A stretch of DNA of 51,611 nucleotides. Source: a virus (Duplodnaviria > Caudoviricetes). The notes under the pieces were generated by a model, which was not told the origin of the DNA, ran no database searches, and saw only the letters and a program-made list of their open reading frames with translations. Within the stretch, counting starts at the first letter, position 1; the number at the start of each line of letters is the position of its first letter. The stretch is from the IMG/VR virus record IMGVR_UViG_3300005580_001063, positions 1 to 51,611 of that record; one strand, written 5' to 3'. This document shows, in pieces, positions 39,442-48,205 of the stretch. The translations under genes were made by a program, and so were the position numbers.

Positions 39442-40506
39442 ATGAAAACAGTTTTAAATTTAAAAAATGTAGATTATACTAAACAGCCTTTGTTTCTTGG
39501 AGAAGATCTAAACTTACAAAGATATGATAGATTCAAGTATCCAATATTTTTTGAATTATTTAAAAAGCAAAATGAAAACTTTTGGTGGCCTCATGAAATT
39601 GCTTTAGGAAAAGATAGAAGTGATTATCAGAACTTAACTGATACCGAAAGATTTGTATTTGATAGTAATTTAAGATTTCAAACTCTTGGAGATTCGATGT
39701 TATCCAGAAGCATACATAGTCTAAAAGATTATGTAAGCAATCCAGAACTTGAAATATGCATGAATACTTGGGCTCAATTTGAAGGTATTCATAGTTATAG
39801 CTACTCTTATCTCCTTAACAATGTCTACCCAGATCCAACTAAATTCTTTGATAGTATAATGGAAGACAAAGAAATTACAAGTCGCGCCGAACTAATTAGA
39901 AATAATTTTGATAAAATTCTTGGAGATGACGAAAAGAAAGATGTTAAACAAAAGATTTTTGATGCTATCCTTTCTATTAATGTTATGGAAGGACTTGTAT
40001 TTTACGTTTCTTTCGCTTGTTCTTTCTATTTTGGATATCGTGGTAAGATGGAAGGTAATTCTAAAATCATTAAATTCATTCAAAGAGATGAAGCTTTGCA
40101 TTTTGCTACCTCTCAAAATCTTTTGAAAATTCTTCGTGATGAAGATAAAGAAGGTTTTACGTCTATTGTAAAGAAAAATGAAGATAAGATATACGCTTTC
40201 TATGAACAAGCCGCAAAGAATGAAAGTGAATGGGCTCAGTATCTATTCAGTAATGGCAGTTTACTTGGATTAAATTCTGACGTTTTAGATGGGTACTCTA
40301 AGTGGCTTTGCGATAGTAGGCTAAGAAGCTTGGGTTACAAGAAGATATTCAATCAAAAAGATAATCCTATTGCTGGATGGCATGATAGCTATTTAGACAG
40401 TAGCAAAGTACAAGTTGCACCCCAAGAAACAGAGATATCATCATATAAAATTGGAGCAAGGAAGACTGATATATCTGATGATGACTTTTCTAATTTAAAA
40501 TTATAA
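39442..40506 (+). CDS. nrdB: Ribonucleotide reductase class Ia beta subunit
   Basis: FWWPHE, EGIHSYSY, EG..FYVSF, RDEALH and VAPQETE motifs. Start moved to ATG 39442 (MKTVL). Confidence 0.97.
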   Translation: MKTVLNLKNVDYTKQPLFLGEDLNLQRYDRFKYPIFFELFKKQNENFWWPHEIALGKDRSDYQNLTDTERFVFDSNLRFQTLGDSMLSRSIHSLKDYVSNPELEICMNTWAQFEGIHSYSYSYLLNNVYPDPTKFFDSIMEDKEITSRAELIRNNFDKILGDDEKKDVKQKIFDAILSINVMEGLVFYVSFACSFYFGYRGKMEGNSKIIKFIQRDEALHFATSQNLLKILRDEDKEGFTSIVKKNEDKIYAFYEQAAKNESEWAQYLFSNGSLLGLNSDVLDGYSKWLCDSRLRSLGYKKIFNQKDNPIAGWHDSYLDSSKVQVAPQETEISSYKIGARKTDISDDDFSNLKL

Positions 40507-40533
40507 TAGCATATATAATGTGTAATTATCTAT

Positions 40534-40863
40534 GTGAATCTAGATATTACTATCATATTTAATTTAGTCTTAGGAGCTCTATCTTTTCTGGGTGGATGGC
40601 TATTTACCAGAGTATTCTCTCTTTTCGATAAGCAAGAGAATTTAATGAAAGATATAAACGATAAAACATTTAGTGATTTTATTACTTTAAGAAAAGAATT
40701 AGAATTAGAGGCTAGAAAACATCAACAAGAGATAGCTGATTTAGCATTAAAAGTTAGCACAACATATATGACTAAAGAATCTTTTGAAAGTTACTTTGAT
40801 AGAATAGAAGACAAACTAGATAAGAATTTTGAAATGATACAAAATCATTTTTTAAAAAAATAA
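40534..40863 (+). CDS. Membrane-anchored coiled-coil protein (holin-like topology)
   Basis: N-terminal hydrophobic helix followed by a coiled coil. GTGTAA motif upstream. Confidence 0.5.
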   Translation: MNLDITIIFNLVLGALSFLGGWLFTRVFSLFDKQENLMKDINDKTFSDFITLRKELELEARKHQQEIADLALKVSTTYMTKESFESYFDRIEDKLDKNFEMIQNHFLKK

Positions 40864-41394
40864 ATGTTAAATTTATCTGATATAGAATATATATCTAAAA
40901 AAACTAAGTTATCAGAAGAAAAGGTCTATATTCTGACAGAAGACCCTAAAGATTTTAATTTAATTATAAATGAATTAGCTAAGGATAATCTTGAAGAAGG
41001 GATATTAACTATCAGTTTTGAGCTTTTTACAAAACTACATATATATAAAATAACATTAGATTCCAAATATGATTTTAATGAAAAAAATTATGTAAGTGAA
41101 ACGATAAGCAATATATATCCTAAACTAGATAAGCGGAAAATAGAAAATGTAGATATTCAAGACTCTTGGGAAACTTTATATGAGCCGAATGAAGACTTGG
41201 CAAAGTATTATTTTACATTACTTAGTTTATTTGATAAAAGCCTAGACAGAAGACGAAGGCAGTTTCCGAGTAAAAATTTTCTTTATAAAAAAGCTTTAGA
41301 TGGTTTTTATAATAGCGAGCATAATGAAATTGCTAATCATCTTAATAATTGGATAATTTTAGTTAAAAGAATGAAGGAAGAATACTGGAATTAA
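40864..41394 (+). CDS. Hypothetical protein
   Basis: ORF track, TAA-ATG junction. Confidence 0.6.
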   Translation: MLNLSDIEYISKKTKLSEEKVYILTEDPKDFNLIINELAKDNLEEGILTISFELFTKLHIYKITLDSKYDFNEKNYVSETISNIYPKLDKRKIENVDIQDSWETLYEPNEDLAKYYFTLLSLFDKSLDRRRRQFPSKNFLYKKALDGFYNSEHNEIANHLNNWIILVKRMKEEYWN

Positions 41395-41744
41395 CTATCG
41401 CCATATGATTTGGGATGCTTTTTACCGCTACGTTTTTTACTCCAGTCTTTAAAGTATTTGTTTTTAATTGGATCTTTACCATGAATTTTTTCACGTTTTT
41501 CTGAGAGCTCTTTGCTTCTATCAAAAAGATCTCCAACGTTACCTTTTTGGGAAGATGTTACTCTTGCGAAATCTTGCGCGCTTGAATTTATCGATAGTTT
41601 ATCTTGAGTATTTATCTGAGGCGAAGTAAAAACTCTATTCCATTTTACACCTTTAGAATCAGTATACTCATGCTTATCATTCACGCCTTGTACCAAAGAG
41701 ATTGTTTTACTATTATTAGGATGCTGATACAAGTATTCTGGCAT
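41391..41744 (-). CDS. FmdB-like (MPxYxY) protein lacking Zn cysteines
   Basis: MPEYLY...WNRVFTSP pattern. Confidence 0.5.
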   Translation of the reverse strand: MPEYLYQHPNNSKTISLVQGVNDKHEYTDSKGVKWNRVFTSPQINTQDKLSINSSAQDFARVTSSQKGNVGDLFDRSKELSEKREKIHGKDPIKNKYFKDWSKKRSGKKHPKSYGDS

Positions 41745-41745
41745 A

Positions 41746-42831
41746 TCAATCCATTAATTTTAAAATATTATCAACAGTATTATCAATAGTATATTGATTT
41801 TGCAATTCTAGACCAGCTGCATTTAATTTATTCGTTTCTACTCTATTTATTACTTTTTCGCAAGCAGATATAAAATCATCTTCTTTAAATGTAAAAATAT
41901 TACCTTGATTAAAAGGCGTGCCTTTATTAAAAAACATATTGTCATAAATTTCAATCTTTTCAGATGGATCAACTAATATAGCATTTTTTTCATCAGCCCA
42001 ATCTTTATATGCATGAGCATTTAAGAATACTCCATGTTTTCCTAGCGCCAAAGAATGAAACTCTGGAAGGCCCCATCCTTCTCCACCACTCATTCCAATA
42101 ATAACATCTCCACTATTTAGAAAATCATTGTAGGTTTCATTAGTTTGCATAAAACCTAAAAAAGATACATTAAAATATTTTTTACCTTCTAATATTTGAG
42201 ATAATAACGCCGTCTGATCTTCTTGTTTTAAAAATGGATTAAATATTGCACACTGTAAGTAGTATTTAGGATTATTTCCAAACTTCTTAGCCCAAGATTG
42301 AATAACTTTTTTATGATTTTTTCTTTTTTCTAATTTTCCTACAAGATTAAAAACTATTCTATCATCATTAAAATATTTTTTATCTTTCTTATTGAAATTT
42401 TTACTATCAAAAAATAATGGTATATACTCTATATTTGAACATCCATATTTCTTAAAAATATCACAAGTAAATTTAGAAGAAAATATTACTTTATGATTAT
42501 TTTTTACAATGTTTAATTCAGTATCAGTTGGACTATCTGATTCATAAAAAGAAAATAATATTTGTTTTTCTGAAAAACTTTCTAAAGAACCATTAATATG
42601 CCATAACTTAAAAATTTTTTCTTTTTTGGAAAATTCCCTATAGGCACAAGCAATAGACTTATTTAACCAATCATTAAAATTTGGATCAATTTTTTGAGAG
42701 GATAAGTCTACTCCATTACCTATAGGGAAAATTTTAGCTTTATATTTTTTATCAAATAATTTTTGGGCTAAAGCACAAGATGTTTGGCCAAAGCTTAGAT
42801 TATTTAATGGTATATTTAAAGCTACTTCCAT
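41746..42831 (-). CDS. GT4 glycosyltransferase
   Basis: VGKLEKRKN and GEGWGLPEFHSLALG motifs. Confidence 0.85.
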   Translation of the reverse strand: MEVALNIPLNNLSFGQTSCALAQKLFDKKYKAKIFPIGNGVDLSSQKIDPNFNDWLNKSIACAYREFSKKEKIFKLWHINGSLESFSEKQILFSFYESDSPTDTELNIVKNNHKVIFSSKFTCDIFKKYGCSNIEYIPLFFDSKNFNKKDKKYFNDDRIVFNLVGKLEKRKNHKKVIQSWAKKFGNNPKYYLQCAIFNPFLKQEDQTALLSQILEGKKYFNVSFLGFMQTNETYNDFLNSGDVIIGMSGGEGWGLPEFHSLALGKHGVFLNAHAYKDWADEKNAILVDPSEKIEIYDNMFFNKGTPFNQGNIFTFKEDDFISACEKVINRVETNKLNAAGLELQNQYTIDNTVDNILKLMD

Positions 42832-43160
42832 TACAATACTTCTTCTGTTTCCTCAATTACTTGAGTTTTCTGGACTTTAGAAGCTTTTTGAGGAACACTA
42901 GCTTCCACTTCTGAAGACCCAGATTTAACCGCTTCTTTAGATAAGTATACTCTAAAGTCGGGAGCAGTATCTTTTGATTTGTTTTTATTACCGAAAACAA
43001 CAACATTGACTTTGGTTTTGGCACCAAATTCATCAATTGTCAAATATCCTGATAGATACTTTTGAGTAGGACCAGACTTCTTCCAAAGTGCCCCAATTTC
43101 TCTTTTTGACCAATCGTTGTTCTTGCTTTCTGTATTATTTGTATTTGTGTTTGTATTCAT
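42831..43160 (-). CDS. DUF736-like protein
   Basis: EIGALWKK..YLSG..APDFRVY pattern. Confidence 0.6.
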   Translation of the reverse strand: MNTNTNTNNTESKNNDWSKREIGALWKKSGPTQKYLSGYLTIDEFGAKTKVNVVVFGNKNKSKDTAPDFRVYLSKEAVKSGSSEVEASVPQKASKVQKTQVIEETEEVL

Positions 43161-43168
43161 ATTCTATA

Positions 43169-43197
43169 ATTGTATCTTGTTCTATATAAAATGTCAA
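43169..43197 (-). promoter_or_regulatory. sigma70 promoter (leaderless spacing)
   Basis: TTGACA-N17-TACAAT-N8-ATG(43160). Confidence 0.75.
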
Positions 43198-43201
43198 GAT
43201 T

Positions 43202-43783
43202 TTATATTTGATCGTTGAAATTTTTATTTGATTTTATTTTTAAAAATTGCATATGTTTATTATAAATATTAATTGCAGTTTGAGTACTCATATTTAATCT
43301 TTTACCTATAGCGTTCCATGATCTATTTTTTTTATTACTAGAGAAGAATCTCATTTTAAATATTTTATAGGCCCTCTTATCTTTAAGCGATTTAAGTATA
43401 TTTAAAAAATATTCACAATTCTCTTGATTAAGATTTTCTTTATTATCTTGGCTACTTTCTATTATATTTTGCAAATAATTGTTTTCTGTAGGGAAGAATT
43501 TAGCATTTTTATTTAAAAAATTTAGACAATGATATCTAGCTTGATTTCCTAACCATGTTGAAAATTTTATATTTTTATCTTCATTAAATGATAATGCGGA
43601 TTGATATACCACCATATCTTTCTCTTCAAATAAGTCTTTTGGATCGTGTCCTTTTTGAGTTACAAAATGTTGGTATCTTTTAACGATTTCACAAAAAATA
43701 CCACTATGACGATCAATTAGTGATTTTAATGATTCATTATCTTTGTTATCTCTTATATTTTTAATTAGGTCTAAGTCTGTCAT
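43202..43783 (-). CDS. Phage-encoded sigma70-family sigma factor
   Basis: Region 2 (FNEDKNIKFSTW) and region 4 HTH (KMRFF..SWNAIGKRLNMSTQTA). Confidence 0.85.
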   Translation of the reverse strand: MTDLDLIKNIRDNKDNESLKSLIDRHSGIFCEIVKRYQHFVTQKGHDPKDLFEEKDMVVYQSALSFNEDKNIKFSTWLGNQARYHCLNFLNKNAKFFPTENNYLQNIIESSQDNKENLNQENCEYFLNILKSLKDKRAYKIFKMRFFSSNKKNRSWNAIGKRLNMSTQTAINIYNKHMQFLKIKSNKNFNDQI

Positions 43784-44345
43784 ATATATTCCTTAAGTTC
43801 TTCTGCATAAGCTCATACAAGAAGTTTGTATCTTGACAAGTCTCCCAACATATAGAAAAATCGGCAACAGTTTTTAATTTATTATCATTTGCTTTTTCTT
43901 CAATGTTGGCTGGGAGGATAAGAGTTCCATCATCTAGTTTTCTAGACAAATGTATCAATATACCATTATGAGATTTTAACCAAGCGTATTCATCATCTTT
44001 ATACTCTATATATCTTACGTCAGTTATAATAGGTATAGTTGCTTCTTTTAATAATTTTTCTACTTTAATATCAAGCTGAGATGTCCAGTATTTGCCTTCA
44101 GTTTGACTTCTTCTACATTTTCCATATGCCACCATAAGAGGTCTAACTAATTCTTTATCTGGTCCATCACATTTGAATAAGTCTATTTTAAATTTTTCTT
44201 TAGTGAAATCGTTTAATTCTTTTTTTAAATCATCTGCAAAAGCTAACCTTTGGGATTTTAGCTGTTTTTCTTCTAAATATTTATTCAATATTGAATAAAA
44301 TGTATCTTTACCTGAGCGAGCCACGCCAGTTATGCCTATAATCAT
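43761..44345 (-). CDS. Deoxynucleoside monophosphate kinase
   Basis: MIIGITGVARSGKDT, AFADDLK and ITDVRY motifs. Start reassigned to ATG 44345. Confidence 0.85.
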   Translation of the reverse strand: MIIGITGVARSGKDTFYSILNKYLEEKQLKSQRLAFADDLKKELNDFTKEKFKIDLFKCDGPDKELVRPLMVAYGKCRRSQTEGKYWTSQLDIKVEKLLKEATIPIITDVRYIEYKDDEYAWLKSHNGILIHLSRKLDDGTLILPANIEEKANDNKLKTVADFSICWETCQDTNFLYELMQKNLRNIYDRLRPN

Positions 44346-44352
44346 AACAATC

Positions 44353-44403
44353 ATTATAATAAAAATAAAATGTCTTGTCAAGTCATTAGTATTATGATAA
44401 TAT
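44353..44403. promoter_or_regulatory. Divergent promoters with overlapping -35 boxes
   Basis: Minus strand: TTGACA(44381-44376)-N17-TATAAT-N7-ATG(44345). Plus strand: TTGTCA(44375)-N17-TAATAT-N6-ATG(44410). Confidence 0.75.
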
Positions 44404-44409
44404 ACTAAT

Positions 44410-44469
44410 ATGGAATTAAAATTTGTTTTAATAATATTGTTCTCTATTTATTTGTTATATAAATTATGA
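44410..44469 (+). CDS. 19-aa hydrophobic peptide MELKFVLIILFSIYLLYKL
   Basis: ATG sits 6 nt after a -10 box, and the stop overlaps the next start (ATGA). Confidence 0.5.
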   Translation: MELKFVLIILFSIYLLYKL

Positions 44470-44876
44470 GAAGAATTTCATTTGAAGAACTTGCGCTTAA
44501 TATAGCAAGCGAATGCTCTAAAAGATCAGAAGATCTTCATCAAAAAGTAGGATGTTGCATCTTGAATAAAGAAGGTAGAGTACTATCAACAGGATACAAT
44601 GGTCTTTTGCCAAAGATAGATATGGATAAAAGCTTTTGGCTTGATCGAGATTTGAGAAGAAAATATGTTATACATGCTGAGATAAACGCTTTATCTAGAA
44701 TAAAAAGAGAAGAAGAGCCTTACATTCTAGCTACTACGTTACTACCATGTTCAGCTTGCGCATCAAATATAGCATCATATGGAATTAAAAAAGTGATATA
44801 CAAAGAAGATTATCATAACGACAAAGGATGTTTTGATATTTTTAATTTTTATAAAATCCAACTTATTAAAATTTAA
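44466..44876 (+). CDS. dCMP deaminase
   Basis: STGYNG, HAEINA and PCSAC motifs. Confidence 0.9.
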   Translation: MRRISFEELALNIASECSKRSEDLHQKVGCCILNKEGRVLSTGYNGLLPKIDMDKSFWLDRDLRRKYVIHAEINALSRIKREEEPYILATTLLPCSACASNIASYGIKKVIYKEDYHNDKGCFDIFNFYKIQLIKI

Positions 44877-45274
44877 TGAACGATATAATCATACCAATTT
44901 TAAAGACTAATTTTTCTAGTAAAAATCCAGAAAAAATTAATAATAATACGTTTAAATTTTTTGCTGAACAAGACTGCGATATCTTGCCAGAAGCTTCAAA
45001 TACCATAAGTTCTGGATTTTATTTGAGAAACGTATTATTTCAAATTATTCCAACGGATATATATAAAAATATTAATTGTTTAGCCGAGTCATTCATCTCA
45101 GAGGATTCTTTATTATCAATAAAATGCTATTGTTATGAAGAACCAATTAATAATAAATACACTAGCTCGTTTGCTCAAAAAAGAAGAAATATTAAAAAAG
45201 ATACTTGCATTTTTTATTTATCCATTGTATCATCTAAATATGAAGAAAATTATATACTTGATATTGTTGACTAA
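44876..45274 (+). CDS. Hypothetical protein, possibly a degenerate dUTPase-like fold
   Basis: Weak resemblance only (DILP..ISSGF, IKKDTCI). No catalytic motifs seen. Confidence 0.35.
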   Translation: MNDIIIPILKTNFSSKNPEKINNNTFKFFAEQDCDILPEASNTISSGFYLRNVLFQIIPTDIYKNINCLAESFISEDSLLSIKCYCYEEPINNKYTSSFAQKRRNIKKDTCIFYLSIVSSKYEENYILDIVD

Positions 45275-45548
45275 TGCTTTTGTTTTAAATTTAAAAGCCC
45301 AGACGACAGCTGAGAATGGAAATCAAACATATATTTATAGAAATTATACGAAATCCATTGTAAGAGTGCCATATCCATCATACCTTGTAAAAGGCCAATA
45401 TATTTATAGACTTTACCCTAAATCTATTGTAAGAGTACCATATCCAGAATTTACAATCAAAGGTGATAATATTTACAGAAATTATTCTGATTCCATAATC
45501 AGAACTCCTTACCCAATTGGTAAAATAGGCAGTGGAATACCTGAATAA
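45240..45548 (+). CDS. Small secreted protein with three 23-aa repeats
   Basis: Signal peptide MKKIIYLILLTNAFVLNLKA, then IYRxYxxSIxRxPYP three times. Confidence 0.65.
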   Translation: MKKIIYLILLTNAFVLNLKAQTTAENGNQTYIYRNYTKSIVRVPYPSYLVKGQYIYRLYPKSIVRVPYPEFTIKGDNIYRNYSDSIIRTPYPIGKIGSGIPE

Positions 45549-45566
45549 TATATTTTTTAGCGACAT

Positions 45567-45595
45567 TTGACTTAGTAAAAAATACATTGTATAAT
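45567..45595 (+). promoter_or_regulatory. sigma70 promoter (leaderless spacing)
   Basis: TTGACT-N17-TATAAT-N7-ATG(45603). Confidence 0.8.
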
Positions 45596-45602
45596 CATTA
45601 AA

Positions 45603-46709
45603 ATGAAATATGATTTTAAAGAAGCTATTACATATGATGATATATCCTTATTGCCAAATTTTTCAGATATTACATCCAGAAAAGAAGTCAGCACAATAAC
45701 AAAAATTTCTAAAAATAAATATATAGATTTTCCAATTGTATTATCTCCCATGGATACAGTTTCATCTGTAAAATCTTGCATAAAAATAAATCAAATTGGT
45801 GGGGCTGGAGTAATACATAGATTCATGCCAATAGAATCTCAAAAAAATAAAGCAAAACGAATTAAAAATGAAAGTAATTTCTGTATAACAGCCATAGGTT
45901 TGAAAGATGCAAAAAATAGGATACAAGAGTTATCTGAAGTAACAGACATTTTCTTTTTGGACACAGCAAACGGTTTATCTTCTAGAGTAGAAGATTTTCT
46001 TATTGAATACAAGCAGTCATCTTATAAGCAGGATATTATAGTAGGAAATACCTTAACAAAACAAAGTGTTTATAGATTAGCTAATCTTGAAGCAGATGGA
46101 TTCAGACATTTAATTGGTCCAGGAAGCATGTGTTTGACTCAAATTAAGACTGGGATAGGATGCCCAAGTGTGACAGGATTAGGGTACGCATGGAAAGCTG
46201 TTAGAAATTTTCAATTAGCAAATTTAGATTATTTTAGGCATGAAAATACTAGCGAAGAAAATCGTCCAAGTATATTAGCTGATGGAGGCATAAGATATCC
46301 ACGAGATTTAGTAAAAGCTATTGCATCTGGAGCAGATTCTGTTATTTGCGGTAGAATATTTGCTGGATTAGCAGATGTAGTTGATGAAGAAAATATTTTT
46401 GAAAAAGATGGTAAAAGATTCGCAAAATACAGAGGAATGGCAAGTCAAGACGTAGTAGAAGATTACGATTTATATGATGGAAACAGAAAAAATTTATTTG
46501 TCGAAGGAGACGTTACAGTTGTACCTTTAATAGAAGATAAGACTCTAGAAGATATAGTCTATGATTTTATAAATGGTTTGAGGAGTGCGATGAGTTATCT
46601 AGGTATGCGTTCTATAGAGGAAATGCGCGGAGGTATCTGGAACGATAAAATAACAATAGTGAGAAACAGTCCAAACAGCATGTATGAAAGTTTTGCCCAT
46701 GGAAAATGA
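45603..46709 (+). CDS. IMPDH/GMP reductase family enzyme without CBS domains (GMP reductase favoured)
   Basis: TYDDI.LLP, SPMDTV, IGPGSMCLT, ADGGIR, YRGMAS and GLRSAMSY motifs. No Arg-Tyr flap dyad. Confidence 0.85.
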   Translation: MKYDFKEAITYDDISLLPNFSDITSRKEVSTITKISKNKYIDFPIVLSPMDTVSSVKSCIKINQIGGAGVIHRFMPIESQKNKAKRIKNESNFCITAIGLKDAKNRIQELSEVTDIFFLDTANGLSSRVEDFLIEYKQSSYKQDIIVGNTLTKQSVYRLANLEADGFRHLIGPGSMCLTQIKTGIGCPSVTGLGYAWKAVRNFQLANLDYFRHENTSEENRPSILADGGIRYPRDLVKAIASGADSVICGRIFAGLADVVDEENIFEKDGKRFAKYRGMASQDVVEDYDLYDGNRKNLFVEGDVTVVPLIEDKTLEDIVYDFINGLRSAMSYLGMRSIEEMRGGIWNDKITIVRNSPNSMYESFAHGK

Positions 46710-47451
46710 TTGGCAAATCCAAGCGAAGAAGCATGCAATTCAAAACGTAAATGAAGAATGCTGTGGCCTAGTGTTACAAAAAGATGATATTTTATATTAT
46801 CTTGGGGCCAAAAATGTAGCTGCAAATAAAAAAAATAACTTTGCAGTAGATCCTCACGCTTATTTACATGCATCTAGAAGTGGGAAAATTATTGCATGTT
46901 TTCATTCTCATATTAAAAATAATTCATTTTCTTGGATAGACATAAATAATAGTTTTAAAGTGAATCTACCATACTATTTGTATAATATTAAAAAAGATAA
47001 TATTAGTTGTTTTTCTCCAGTTGAATATGAACAATATAAAAAATATTTATATTTTAAATTTAATTATGGTAAAAATGATTGCTTTTCATTGATAAGAAAT
47101 TTTTACAAAAATGAATTAGATATTGAAATGTCAGACCCAGCGCAAGATAGAGCTACTAAATACATGCCGCCAGAAAATTGTCTGATTTGGCATAGGCAAG
47201 AATACAAAGAATGGGCAAATCAAAACGACCTTGTAGATATGGATGTAAATGGTATTTCTCAATTAAAGAAGCATGATATATTAGTTTTTGATGGGTTTAA
47301 TAAAGGTGAACCAAGTCATGGTATGATATATATAGGAAATGAATTAGTTCTACATCATCCGTTTAACGACATATCTAAAATAGAATCAATTAGAAAAGCA
47401 CATTTCAAATTTTTAAAATTCATAATAAGGCATAAAAACGTAAATATATGA
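46699..47451 (+). CDS. JAB/MPN + NlpC/P60 protein (lambda gpK-like), copy 1
   Basis: EECCGL, HSH..S..D, NDCFSL, SHGMIY and LHH motifs. Likely start at MENDW. Confidence 0.8.
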   Translation: MENDWQIQAKKHAIQNVNEECCGLVLQKDDILYYLGAKNVAANKKNNFAVDPHAYLHASRSGKIIACFHSHIKNNSFSWIDINNSFKVNLPYYLYNIKKDNISCFSPVEYEQYKKYLYFKFNYGKNDCFSLIRNFYKNELDIEMSDPAQDRATKYMPPENCLIWHRQEYKEWANQNDLVDMDVNGISQLKKHDILVFDGFNKGEPSHGMIYIGNELVLHHPFNDISKIESIRKAHFKFLKFIIRHKNVNI

Positions 47452-48200
47452 ATAAATTTTTAATAAAAAATACTCTCAAGAAAATAAAAGCATATTCCCT
47501 CTTGAATCACAAAGAAGAAATCTGTGGGTTAATTTATAAAAACAATGAAAAATATGAAATTTATCCATGCGATAATATAGCAATTAATAAAAAAATTAAT
47601 TTTGTTATAAAACCTATTGATGCAAAAATTTGCGAAAAAAAAGGAGAAATAATTGCATGCTACCATTCTCATATAAAAAATGGAGGATTTTCACATGACG
47701 ATATAAGTTCTAGTCTAGAAATAAAATTACCTTATATTGTTTATAATATTATTGAAAATAAATTTTACTTTTTTGATCCTATAAAATATTTTCATTACAA
47801 AAAATACATCAATTTAAATTATCAATATGGAGTAAATGATTGTTGTGCGATTTTTGTAAGATATTCTAATGATCAATTAAAAATTCCAATTACAGATCCA
47901 GAAGATGGAAGGTTTCAAAGGCCAGATTATAATTCGTACTCGTCTTGGTCATATGAATGTAGAAAAGATTGGATGGACAAAGTTGGCCTTAAGAAAATTA
48001 ATCCAAAATCTATTAAGGATTTAAAAGTCAATGATATATTAGTTTTTAAAAGTCAAGATGAAGCAACGCCGACTTCTGGAGCGATATTATTAGAAAATAA
48101 ATTAATTCTTCACCAAAGAAATCATCAACCCTCTAGAATAGAATCTTTTAGAAAAGCCCATTTCAGAATGTTATTATACGCTGGAAGATATGAGGAATAA
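47448..48200 (+). CDS. JAB/MPN + NlpC/P60 protein, copy 2
   Basis: EEICGL, HSH..S..D and NDCCAI motifs. The catalytic His position reads TSGAIL. Confidence 0.8.
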   Translation: MNKFLIKNTLKKIKAYSLLNHKEEICGLIYKNNEKYEIYPCDNIAINKKINFVIKPIDAKICEKKGEIIACYHSHIKNGGFSHDDISSSLEIKLPYIVYNIIENKFYFFDPIKYFHYKKYINLNYQYGVNDCCAIFVRYSNDQLKIPITDPEDGRFQRPDYNSYSSWSYECRKDWMDKVGLKKINPKSIKDLKVNDILVFKSQDEATPTSGAILLENKLILHQRNHQPSRIESFRKAHFRMLLYAGRYEE

Positions 48201-48205
48201 TTTAT

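Noticed and set aside
16709-40506. Inteins or introns in DnaE, DnaB, RecA or NrdAB
   Set aside because: The lengths are normal or short, and no C...HN splice termini or homing endonuclease motifs are seen.
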